A DNA stretch of 64,000 nt from Pseudobutyrivibrio sp. (GTDB lineage: Bacteria > Bacillota > Clostridia > Lachnospirales > Lachnospiraceae). Within the stretch, counting starts at the first letter, position 1, and every line of letters begins with the position of its first letter. Below are positions 22,712-30,493 of the stretch, piece by piece. Below the pieces are notes generated by a model. That model was given only the letters and a program-made list of their open reading frames with translations. It did no database searches and was not told the DNA's origin. The position numbers and the translations under genes are program-made. The stretch lies in the NCBI RefSeq assembly GCF_017557435.1, contig NZ_JAFYYR010000021.1. One strand, given 5' to 3'.

Positions 22712-23497
22712 CTAACCCAGAGCCACATCAAGTGCCATCATAAGGGTAAATCCCAAGGCAAACATAATAACTCCTATATTAGAGTGCTCACCTGATGACA
22801 TCTCTGGAATCAATTCCTCAACTACTACATACATCATAGCTCCAGCTGCAAAACTGAGAAGATATGGCATAGCAGGAACCACAAGTCCAGCTGCTATAAT
22901 AGTAAGAAATGCGCCAACTGGCTCAACTGCCCCTGACAATGTACCATACAAGAAAGCTCTACCCTTACTAACGCCCTCACTGTGAAGTGGCATAGAAATA
23001 ATAGCGCCCTCAGGGAAATTCTGAATAGCGATTCCCAAAGCAAGAGCAAGGGCTCCGCCAACTGTAACAATACCGCTGCCTGTAATTACACCTGCATAAA
23101 CAACACCTACTGCCATACCCTCTGGTATGTTGTGAAGTGTCACCGCAAGTACCATCATTGTGGTGCGCTTTAATTTGCTTTTAGGACCCTCTGCCTTATC
23201 AGCATGCATATGTAAATGGGGGATAACGCAATCAAGTAATAACAGGAATAAAATACCTAGCCAAAATCCAACTACGGCTGGCATGAAAGCCAGACGTCCC
23301 ATAGTCTCTTCAGACTGTGTCATAGCAGGTATAAGCAAACTCCAGATAGATGCCGCCACCATGACTCCACTGGCAAATCCAGTAAGAGCTCTCTGCACCT
23401 TATCCTTTAGCTCGTTTTTCATTAATATTACGCAGGCTGAGCCTGCTGCAGTACCTGCAAATGGAATCAAAAGTCCAAGTAATACCTGCGCTACCAT
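22712..23497 (-). CDS. ZIP-family divalent metal transporter (ZupT-like)
   Basis: 261 aa, 8 TM. LHNIPEGMAVG and IQNFPEGAII motifs. GAGGTG SD. Confidence 0.88.
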   Translation of the reverse strand: MVAQVLLGLLIPFAGTAAGSACVILMKNELKDKVQRALTGFASGVMVAASIWSLLIPAMTQSEETMGRLAFMPAVVGFWLGILFLLLLDCVIPHLHMHADKAEGPKSKLKRTTMMVLAVTLHNIPEGMAVGVVYAGVITGSGIVTVGGALALALGIAIQNFPEGAIISMPLHSEGVSKGRAFLYGTLSGAVEPVGAFLTIIAAGLVVPAMPYLLSFAAGAMMYVVVEELIPEMSSGEHSNIGVIMFALGFTLMMALDVALG

Positions 23498-23509
23498 ATA
23501 TCACCTCAT

Positions 23510-23611
23510 CTATGCTGCCATGTATTCGTAGTAATCCTCTTCTGTGGCAAACAATTCATAATTACCATCTACAAGCCCCATATATCCAGCAGAAACAACA
23601 TATCCTTTCAT
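23510..23611 (-). CDS. Unannotated 33-aa acidic small ORF (MKGYVVSAGYMGLVDGNYELFATEEDYYEYMAA) immediately upstream of the ZIP transporter
   Basis: Own translation, below the track cutoff. GGAGG 8 nt upstream of ATG 23611. TAG at 23510-23512 lies 12 nt before the ZIP ATG, whose SD follows. No family recognised. Confidence 0.5.
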   Translation of the reverse strand: MKGYVVSAGYMGLVDGNYELFATEEDYYEYMAA

Positions 23612-23700
23612 AAGTAATACCTCCATAAATGACTTACACTTTATTAACTGTGTAAATAATAACCTATAGAGGTGTACCTATTTAGTCCCACAAAGTGAGC

Positions 23701-23724
23701 CTAGGGGACGGGGTTATTGGTCCA
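23701..23724 (+). repeat. GC-rich repeat, left copy (CTAGGGGACGGGGTTATTGGTCCA)
   Basis: Near-perfect reverse complement of 25265-25289. Confidence 0.8.
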
Positions 23725-23838
23725 TTTTTCTGCCTTAGGGCTATTTTCATTACCGAATCAGAATACTACATTTATGTTAAATAATAATGAACTGCCGGCT
23801 ACTATTATCCTCCTTTTAATCAGGCTTGTACATTAGGC

Positions 23839-24399
23839 TTATAGAAATAATTTCTCAACTGTATCCATTACTCTTGCTAGATTTTTAATATCACGTGTCA
23901 CATCACCTGTCTCAAGAGAATGATTCGCCTCTGGAATAATTGCATATGTCAGTGATAATTCCTCGCACAACTGGACGCACATATCAGTATCACAGAATGG
24001 GTCAGCACTTCCATGAAATACAAGACCCTCACAATTTGAAACATAATTAAATGTCTCTGGAATAGGAGTATAAATAATCATATCTGCATCAAGCTCATAG
24101 GTCATATTGTATCTAGCCATAACAGCAGTACCAATGCTCTTTCCTACAAACAAAACCCTATCATACTCACTAAAATTGATAGCTTTCAACTGCTCATCTA
24201 CCTGCTTAAAAGCATCTTCATAGGCCTCCTGTATTTTCTCCTGATTCTTCTTCAAATCAGTGGGAAGCTCCTTGAATTCATAGCTAACCTCAACTATTTC
24301 ATAATCAACATTTTTAGCAATCTTTTTTGTATAGTACATAAGTGGCTTATCGTTGTGATAACCAATCCCTGGAAATAAAACTACAATATTCTTGCTCAT
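23839..24399 (-). CDS. Small alpha/beta-fold hydrolase (esterase-like)
   Basis: 186 aa. VVLFPGIGY N-terminus, nucleophile elbow GKSIG, later FHGSADPF and ANHS (candidate Asp/His). Confidence 0.7.
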   Translation of the reverse strand: MSKNIVVLFPGIGYHNDKPLMYYTKKIAKNVDYEIVEVSYEFKELPTDLKKNQEKIQEAYEDAFKQVDEQLKAINFSEYDRVLFVGKSIGTAVMARYNMTYELDADMIIYTPIPETFNYVSNCEGLVFHGSADPFCDTDMCVQLCEELSLTYAIIPEANHSLETGDVTRDIKNLARVMDTVEKLFL

Positions 24400-24464
24400 A
24401 CGACTTCCTTTCTAAATGGATAACATCTAAAACCATTTTACTAATACCAGCTCCACATTTAAAG

Positions 24465-24500
24465 TAAAAAAGCACCTATCTCAATTAATGAAATAGGTGC
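24465..24500 (-). terminator. Terminator after hypothetical gene 24519-25154
   Basis: GCACCTAT...ATAGGTGC stem followed by T6 on the minus strand. Confidence 0.75.
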
Positions 24501-24518
24501 CGAAAATCAATTATTATT

Positions 24519-25154
24519 CTAGAACATAATGCCCTTAGAATTGTAGTTTGAAGATCTCAAAGCTCTTACCTTGCCTAATATATCATTGATTGGATCAACA
24601 CTTGCTGTTACTGACTTGATATATCCTGAATTATCTCCAAATACAGTTTTAAGCTTGTTGCCAGGAGCCCCAGATAATTTTTCCTGGTCGATAGTAAGCT
24701 TACCATCTTCTCCTGCTGTAATTCCAATCTCTCCTAAAGCATCTTTATTAGAAGCATAAGATGCAGCAAATTCTTTGGCAAATTCTGCATTCAATGCTCC
24801 ACCGCAGTTATTTAAGCTTGTGATTTCATTGTTGTATGCTGTAACAAAATTAGTAATGCTCTTAAGTAAAGAAGACTTATCGTATTCTTTTCCTTCTTGG
24901 GCCTTGTACAACTCCTCTTTTGTTACATCTTCAATTGCATCAAGTAGACTATCAGAAGCCTTTGCCACATTAGAATACTTATCCTTAGAGGAATCGGAGT
25001 AGATTCCCATAGACTCCATCTTCTTTTTAAAGGCAGCCTCATTGTCTGAAATAATCTGATTGATTAACTTATTCCCTGTCTTCTTTTTATTAAGCATACT
25101 AAGAAGACTCTGATTTCCTTCGTAATATTCATAGGAATTATGAATTGTACTCAT
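24519..25154 (-). CDS. Hypothetical protein; C-terminal stretch faintly FliD-cap-like
   Basis: ATG 25154 preceded by GAAGGAGG (track ORF extended to 25187). LGEIGITAGEDGKLTIDQEKL resembles the FliD C-terminal motif, but the protein is only 211 aa. Own terminator at 24465-24500. Confidence 0.65.
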   Translation of the reverse strand: MSTIHNSYEYYEGNQSLLSMLNKKKTGNKLINQIISDNEAAFKKKMESMGIYSDSSKDKYSNVAKASDSLLDAIEDVTKEELYKAQEGKEYDKSSLLKSITNFVTAYNNEITSLNNCGGALNAEFAKEFAASYASNKDALGEIGITAGEDGKLTIDQEKLSGAPGNKLKTVFGDNSGYIKSVTASVDPINDILGKVRALRSSNYNSKGIMF

Positions 25155-25264
25155 TAAATTTATCCTCCTTCTGAAATACAACTTCATTCCGTTGAAATAT
25201 TCGCTGTCCTAGCTAACAATTATTCTCTATTATACTATATCGTCAATTAATTGAAAATGTTTAG

Positions 25265-25289
25265 TGGACCACTAACCCCGTCCCCCTAG
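25265..25289 (-). repeat. GC-rich repeat, right copy (TGGACCACTAACCCCGTCCCCCTAG on + strand)
   Basis: Inverted partner of 23701-23724. Contains the stop codon of the YjbR-MGMT gene. Embedded 15-bp perfect palindrome TTAGTGGACCACTAA (25261-25275). Confidence 0.8.
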
Positions 25290-25915
25290 TCCATTTTCCA
25301 TTGGTATTTTTTCAAATCTACTCTACCATCAACCACTTCTACACCCTCGGATTCAAGTATTTCTCCCTGTTTCCATGCGCCGCCAAAGGCGTACTGGCCT
25401 GCCAACTCTCCCTTGGCATTTACAACTCTATGACAGGGTATACTGGATGGGTCTGGATTCTTGTGAAGGGCATTTCCCACAGCACGGGCCATGTTCTTAT
25501 CTCCAGCTACACTTGCCACCTGACCATAGGTAGCCACCTTACCCTTTGGAATCTTTTTCACCGCCTCATATATGCGCTTTGAAGGGCTATCTGATATAAG
25601 GTCGTAGCTTTCAGCAATCATAAGCTTAATATCTTTTTCAGGGATACTTCCATCAAGGATTATAGTGTTCCAATGGTCCTTGTTTTGATGGTACCCAGGA
25701 ATCACAGATTCATATATTCTACGCCAGTAGTAGGCATTATCTGGGTCCACCTTGACATTTAGATTTATAAATCCATCCCTCTCATATGTCCAAAGGAAAG
25801 CCTTTTTATTGTATTTGTATCTGACTAATTGCCAGTTTGCATCATGAAAAGGTGCATCCTGATATGTGTCTGGAAATGAAAGGCCGTAGGTTAATGCTTC
25901 TTCTCTAGTTTCCAT
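25286..25915 (-). CDS. MmcQ/YjbR-like domain fused to methylated-DNA--protein-cysteine methyltransferase (MGMT/Ogt) domain
   Basis: 209 aa. N-half YGLSFPDTYQDAPFHD...HWNTIILDG (YjbR-type). C-half KVATYGQVA...IPCHRVV with the PCHR active site. AGGGGGA SD. Confidence 0.85.
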   Translation of the reverse strand: METREEALTYGLSFPDTYQDAPFHDANWQLVRYKYNKKAFLWTYERDGFINLNVKVDPDNAYYWRRIYESVIPGYHQNKDHWNTIILDGSIPEKDIKLMIAESYDLISDSPSKRIYEAVKKIPKGKVATYGQVASVAGDKNMARAVGNALHKNPDPSSIPCHRVVNAKGELAGQYAFGGAWKQGEILESEGVEVVDGRVDLKKYQWKMD

Positions 25916-25957
25916 AATTCCCCCTGAAGTGAAATAATAATTTCATCATTTGAATTA

Positions 25958-26080
25958 TTATAGCAGAGAGGTGAGAATTCCTGCAAAACAAGGAATTGAA
26001 CTCATAGCCCTGTAAGTTATATCATCCAGCTCTGAAAGCTGTTCTAATATGAAATCCAAATAATCTTTGCTCGATGCCAT
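25958..26080 (-). pseudogene. Remnant of a TfoX/Sxy N-terminal-domain gene (first ~26 codons, then out-of-family sequence and stop)
   Basis: GGAGGA SD then MASSKDYLDFILEQLSELDDITYRAM, which matches the usual firmicute TfoX start (MASSKEYL.FIL.QLS....ITYR.MMGEY...) from memory. It continues SSIPCFAGILTSLL* instead. The next gene begins 43 nt later. Confidence 0.5.
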
Positions 26081-26082
26081 TA

Positions 26083-26286
26083 TTATTCCTCCGGATCCTT
26101 CCAGAATCCACCCTTATGAAAATTCTCATTTCCAAGTGGCTCTGCTGTTAATCGAAACACAACACAACCATCCGGGCAAACTATCGTCTTGCTATATTTA
26201 CCGTCGCCACCCAGATTTTCAAGATCACCGCCGCTCCGTATTGCTTCCATCAACGGATAAAGCATGGATAACGCTCTATCGTTCAT
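26083..26286 (-). CDS. Orphan 67-aa ORF, possibly a gene fragment
   Basis: Track ORF. No SD before the ATG. Stop abuts the tfoX stub. No family recognised. Lies in the decayed non-coding zone. Confidence 0.3.
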   Translation of the reverse strand: MNDRALSMLYPLMEAIRSGGDLENLGGDGKYSKTIVCPDGCVVFRLTAEPLGNENFHKGGFWKDPEE

Positions 26287-26333
26287 CCCGACAAATCCGA
26301 AGTTAGCGATTTCTTCTTAGTAAATGACCAAGC

Positions 26334-26686
26334 ATGCAGCCCCAGTAATAAAACTTCAACATTGGGATGCATCCCGTTTTCTATAAAAACTTAAATTTAT
26401 ATATGTATGCAGCCCATAGAATGAAAGTCAACATTTAGGATGCATAGCACTAAATACCTTTTCATCCCAAATACCAAAATCTTACCTACGGGATGCATTA
26501 CTTTAAAATCGCATCAAAACCTATACATCCCAAAATCTCAAAAATCGCCCATTGGATGCATCTCTGTATAATCTTCTCTAAAGCTATGCATCCCAAAATA
26601 AAAAAAATACGTTTGGGATGCATTACTTCAAAACAAACTCCATTAGTATCCATCCCAAAACTATAAAATTCCCATTTGGGATGTAT
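26334..26686. repeat. Array of six ~62-bp units, each an inverted repeat (A)TGCATCCCAAA - loop - TTTGGGATGCAT plus spacer
   Basis: Left arms start at 26334, 26407, 26462, 26523, 26586 and 26648. Right arms end at 26372, 26445, 26498, 26561, 26623 and 26686. Unit 26586-26623 has a perfect 12-bp stem with a 14-nt loop. Confidence 0.85.
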
Positions 26687-26792
26687 TTTTAGAAGTTTAT
26701 GTGGTTACGGTATTAGTGGGAGCTTTCTATAAATATAAAAACAAGTCTTTTTTATTATGTGTTGGTTAACAACAAGTCGATAGACCGGAAGT

Positions 26793-26826
26793 TGTAGAGC
26801 TCTTTCTCTAACATAAGAGCTCTACA
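26793..26826. other. Perfect 12-bp hairpin TGTAGAGCTCTT-N10-AAGAGCTCTACA just downstream of the ACT gene
   Basis: Seen directly. No U-run on either strand, so not a canonical terminator. Confidence 0.6.
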
Positions 26827-26835
26827 AATGCCGAT

Positions 26836-27201
26836 TTAGACAATAGTATATCCTTCTGCAGACAGTACACTTAAAGCCTTCTCGTAATTTTCTGTCTTAA
26901 TGAGAATATAATCCGTGTTAAAAGTTGATACCGCAAAAATCCCGATATTATTCTCAGCGAGAATTCCCGATAATTTCGATAGGATGCCGATCAGAGAAAA
27001 ATCAAGAACGCCCTGAATACGAAACCCTTTCCATCCATCATCCCGCTCTGTTGTATTTTTCGGTACGTCATTGGTCTTACAAACCAAGGACATTTCTTCA
27101 TCTGTTTTTCCAATAAAGAAAAAGTCCGCAGTCATATCAATGTCCGTAATCGCCTCAACCTTGCAAACAGTCAAATCATATTCCAATTTCTTTAGTTCCA
27201 T
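26836..27201 (-). CDS. ACT-domain protein
   Basis: ATG 27201 with GGAGGAG SD (track TTG start at 27216). C-half GFRIQGVLDFSLIGILSKLSGILAENNIGIFAVSTFNTDYILIK is a typical ACT fold signature. Confidence 0.8.
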   Translation of the reverse strand: MELKKLEYDLTVCKVEAITDIDMTADFFFIGKTDEEMSLVCKTNDVPKNTTERDDGWKGFRIQGVLDFSLIGILSKLSGILAENNIGIFAVSTFNTDYILIKTENYEKALSVLSAEGYTIV

Positions 27202-27249
27202 ATACTCCTCCAACAAATCTCGCTTTGTCTTAGTCTATTATCCTGAAAT

Positions 27250-27774
27250 TCAAAGCTCGTGAATTATTGAATCAAGACTATTAAAATCCACAAAATCCAC
27301 CTGTTTATTATACGTTTCAATCATGGCTTTTACTTCTGCGGTTTTCTTTTCTTCCGGTAGTGTTACAGCTTTTTTATAAAGCATACTCATCATGGTCTTG
27401 TGCTTAAATCCAAGCTTTGAGTAATCTATTCCACCTCTCAAATGAACAATCATTGCTTTGTCATAAACCTCTTTTGACAGTTGATTTTTCATTCCGTTTT
27501 TTATCGTATCCGTGTTTTCTTTGTCGCTTGGATCGGCAAGTCCTACCGTTGCGATTATTATTCTATGGTTTCCGCAATCTTTCATGTTCTTGAAGGTCTT
27601 TTTCATGCCCATAACTCCACCGGCATACAAGGCCCCAATATAAATGATAGTTTCATATGTATTGATATCTTCGACATATTCATAAGATTTAAGAACGAAC
27701 CTTGTGCGATTTGCCAATTCCTCAGCATATCGTTTTGCTGTTCCATATTGTGATCCATATATTACGATATCCAT
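27250..27774 (-). CDS. Flavodoxin-like protein
   Basis: MDIVIYGSQYGTAKRYAEELA flavodoxin-type N-terminus. ATG 27774 with GGAGG SD (track start 27792). Confidence 0.8.
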   Translation of the reverse strand: MDIVIYGSQYGTAKRYAEELANRTRFVLKSYEYVEDINTYETIIYIGALYAGGVMGMKKTFKNMKDCGNHRIIIATVGLADPSDKENTDTIKNGMKNQLSKEVYDKAMIVHLRGGIDYSKLGFKHKTMMSMLYKKAVTLPEEKKTAEVKAMIETYNKQVDFVDFNSLDSIIHEL

Positions 27775-27900
27775 AAAGCCTCCATAGTGCATTAAACTGG
27801 AATATAATTTGCCTCTAAAAATTCCGATTTGTTAATTTCATTGTCTTCAATTATACAGAATCCTCATTCAGTAAGGAATACACAATTCAAAAGTGCTAAT

Positions 27901-27936
27901 AAAAAAAGGACAGCTCTCTTTCGAAATAACTGTCCT
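27901..27936 (-). terminator. Terminator of the MATE-LacI operon
   Basis: AGGACAG...CTGTCCT stem followed by T7 on the minus strand. Confidence 0.7.
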
Positions 27937-28069
27937 ATGACAACAACCACTCATTTCCTCTACAAGAAGATACTTATTGTACCGCCCCTCATTTTAATAA
28001 TTTCACATTAAGCATCTTTCCCTTATATACGCTCCTAGTTCCAAAGGATCACGATACTTACTATTTTTA

Positions 28070-29074
28070 TCATTCTGTCCCGCAACTGCCTCTTGGTATA
28101 AACTCTACCGGTATCTTCTCTGTTGCCGAATAATCGCTGTCTTTTTTCATATAAGTAAGATATTTGACAGCCTTTCTCGCTCTATATAAGACATCCTGTC
28201 TCACAGAAGCCAGTGTTGGTCTTACATTTTTACAATCTGCAATGTCATCAAATCCTATCACCCAGATATCATCAGGCACTCTGTATCCATTATCCATCAG
28301 AAAGTATAGAAGCTCTATCGCATAATAATCAGATGCCACAAATACAGCGCCATATTCTGCGAATTCTTTTTTTCTGACAGCATAATATTTCTTTCGCTCT
28401 TCCTTATGCATGGGTATTTCCCAAAAATCCACTCTCCTTTCAAGCCCATCACACAGTCCTGTATATCTGTCAAAATCAGGGCTCAGCCTGTTGTCAGCTA
28501 CAAAGAGCACTTTCAGGCAATTTTGATTTCTGAGATACTCTCCAACCTGTCGCCCACCATCGTAATCATCCAACACCAGGTTACATATATTTCTGTCATT
28601 CTCAAAAAATCCGTCATATACAACAAAGGGTATACGAATTCGGTCCCTTAAAACCTGATACTCATCTGCACAGAATCCCAGAAGAATCATGCCATCCATA
28701 TTCCACATTGATGAAAAAGACACTGTATCCATGATATCTTTTGCTTTCTTTAGCATCAGAAAATATCCCGCCTTTTCAATCTCATCCGACAATGAATTGA
28801 TGGCAGCACTGACAAAAGGGTCCTCAAGAACATGCCCTTCATACTTTATATGATCATTTACTACAACCCCGATGATATGGGAATTATTCTGCGCAAGAAG
28901 CGTTGCAGCCATGTTCGGAATATAACCCATTTCGCGGAGTTTCTCCTGAACCCGGCGCACAGTACCATCAGAGATTTTTTTGGTTTTACCATGTATTACA
29001 TTGGACACCGTTGCAGTACTTAACCCCAACGCATCAGCCACGTCCACTATCCTTACTTTATTTTCATCCCACAT
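28070..29074 (-). CDS. LacI-family transcriptional regulator
   Basis: HTH VRIVDVADALGLSTATVSNVIHGK plus a sugar-binding-fold C-terminus. ATG 29074 with GAGGAAG SD. Sits immediately after the MATE stop (29083). Confidence 0.9.
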   Translation of the reverse strand: MWDENKVRIVDVADALGLSTATVSNVIHGKTKKISDGTVRRVQEKLREMGYIPNMAATLLAQNNSHIIGVVVNDHIKYEGHVLEDPFVSAAINSLSDEIEKAGYFLMLKKAKDIMDTVSFSSMWNMDGMILLGFCADEYQVLRDRIRIPFVVYDGFFENDRNICNLVLDDYDGGRQVGEYLRNQNCLKVLFVADNRLSPDFDRYTGLCDGLERRVDFWEIPMHKEERKKYYAVRKKEFAEYGAVFVASDYYAIELLYFLMDNGYRVPDDIWVIGFDDIADCKNVRPTLASVRQDVLYRARKAVKYLTYMKKDSDYSATEKIPVEFIPRGSCGTE

Positions 29075-29082
29075 ATTCTTCC

Positions 29083-30405
29083 TCACTCAATGGTATTCAT
29101 CCATTTTCTGCTCTTGAACATGAATATTGAAATTATGAACCTTACCAGTTCTTCCTGTGACAGAATAAAATACACCCAAACAATGGGCAGTTTGAATACA
29201 AGACCTGTCAAAAGAGCAAGCGGCACTCCGATCAACCAAGTGCCAAGCATATCTATCATCATGATGTACTTTGTTCTGCCGCCACTGCGTATGATGCCTC
29301 CTCCAAGTATCATGTTCTGAACCTTTATCGGCATAAGTACTGCAAAAGCGGTTAGAAGAGCTAAGCCAATGGTTCTTACATCATCCACCACGTTAAACAA
29401 ATGCACATAAGGAGCTTTTAATACTATTATTGTTACTGACAGTATGATGCTGCCAGCGAAACCATACACACATAGCTTTTTTGATTCCTGATATGCTATA
29501 TCATACTTCCTTTCACCAAGACGCTTTCCTACGAGTATTCCTGCAGCCTGGGCAATTCCGCTAAGTGCCCCAATAGTAAGTCCCTGAACCGAACCCGTAA
29601 GTGACATTCCGGCAAGTTCGTCTGTGCTCATATGACCATATACGAAGGTATTGATGCTCTGACCAACAGACCACAGAAATTCATTTAATACAACAGGTAT
29701 AAGCATGGCCAGATACTGCCAGAATCTTTCTTTTCCCAGCGAAACCGAGAAGCCAATCCTGCCATACAGGACAAAAAACATTACGGTTGTCAGGACAGCC
29801 CCTGCTATCTGGGAAATAACGCTGGCAAAGGCCGCGCCCCTGACTCCAAGCATCGGCATACCAAAGTTTCCGAATATCAGACAATAGTTGAGACCTGTAT
29901 TAATTATCGCAGAAATAAAACCCGCATATAATGGCCATGAGGATTTTCCTCTGCATCTTAAGGCAACACCACAAATATTGCTTATACCAAGCGGAATGAA
30001 TGTCCACCCTATTATTCCCAGATATGCGCTTCCTTCATTAATGACGCTCACATCATCAGTAAACATCTTGATGAACTGTAAAGGAAACACCGTTGACAGA
30101 AAAAAGAACGCTATTCCTGTCAGTAGCATTACAAGAAAATTCACACAGATACTTCTTTCCTCAGTCTCCCTGTCATTTTTCCCAATATACTGGGATATCA
30201 TGATTCCTGCTATAGTGCCTATTGCACCGACAACAAATGAATAGATAAATCCGGGCTTCCCTGCTATCTCTACTGCAGCTATACTCTTTTCCCCAAGCCG
30301 TCCCACCATTATCTGATCTATCATAGAAAAAGACGACTGGAGCATCGACTGAAGCGCTACCGGTATCGCTATACTTATTACCTTTTTTTCAAAAGACTCT
30401 TTCAT
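29083..30405 (-). CDS. MATE-family efflux transporter
   Basis: 440 aa, 12 TM. N-terminus IAIPVALQSMLQSSFSMIDQIMVGRLG is typical of MATE. Confidence 0.88.
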   Translation of the reverse strand: MKESFEKKVISIAIPVALQSMLQSSFSMIDQIMVGRLGEKSIAAVEIAGKPGFIYSFVVGAIGTIAGIMISQYIGKNDRETEERSICVNFLVMLLTGIAFFFLSTVFPLQFIKMFTDDVSVINEGSAYLGIIGWTFIPLGISNICGVALRCRGKSSWPLYAGFISAIINTGLNYCLIFGNFGMPMLGVRGAAFASVISQIAGAVLTTVMFFVLYGRIGFSVSLGKERFWQYLAMLIPVVLNEFLWSVGQSINTFVYGHMSTDELAGMSLTGSVQGLTIGALSGIAQAAGILVGKRLGERKYDIAYQESKKLCVYGFAGSIILSVTIIVLKAPYVHLFNVVDDVRTIGLALLTAFAVLMPIKVQNMILGGGIIRSGGRTKYIMMIDMLGTWLIGVPLALLTGLVFKLPIVWVYFILSQEELVRFIISIFMFKSRKWMNTIE

Positions 30406-30414
30406 AAAAACCCC

Positions 30415-30438
30415 CTTATCATTTGATTAAATGATAAG
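30415..30438. promoter_or_regulatory. 24-bp palindrome abutting the SD of the MATE gene (candidate operator of the co-transcribed LacI regulator)
   Basis: CTTATCATTT-GATT-AAATGATAAG, 10-bp perfect arms. Ends 10 nt from ATG 30405. Confidence 0.45.
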
Positions 30439-30493
30439 AGAAATATCCCATATTCACAATAGGTTAATCGCATAACCCTTATCACATCATTAA

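Noticed and set aside
26460-26625. Short ORFs starting at the ATG of ATGCATCCC on the minus strand (39 and 32 codons) within the array
   Set aside because: They have no SD. Their frames are not maintained between units (spacings of 53-73 bp). The ATG is part of the palindromic half-site itself.
26334-26686. CRISPR array interpretation of the ~62-bp periodic repeats
   Set aside because: The conserved parts are inverted half-sites, not a 28-37-nt direct repeat. The would-be repeats differ from each other by several positions and their loops are not conserved. The would-be spacers are only ~20 nt. There are no cas genes or leader anywhere in the window.
26083-26686. Type III toxin-antitoxin (ToxI-like RNA repeat array followed by a toxin gene)
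   Set aside because: ToxI/CptI-type repeats are near-identical tandem units followed by a terminator and a ~170-aa ToxN-like gene. Here the units are strongly diverged and the only downstream ORF is 67 aa, lacks an SD and shows no ToxN-like sequence. It is kept only as a remote possibility of a decayed relic.
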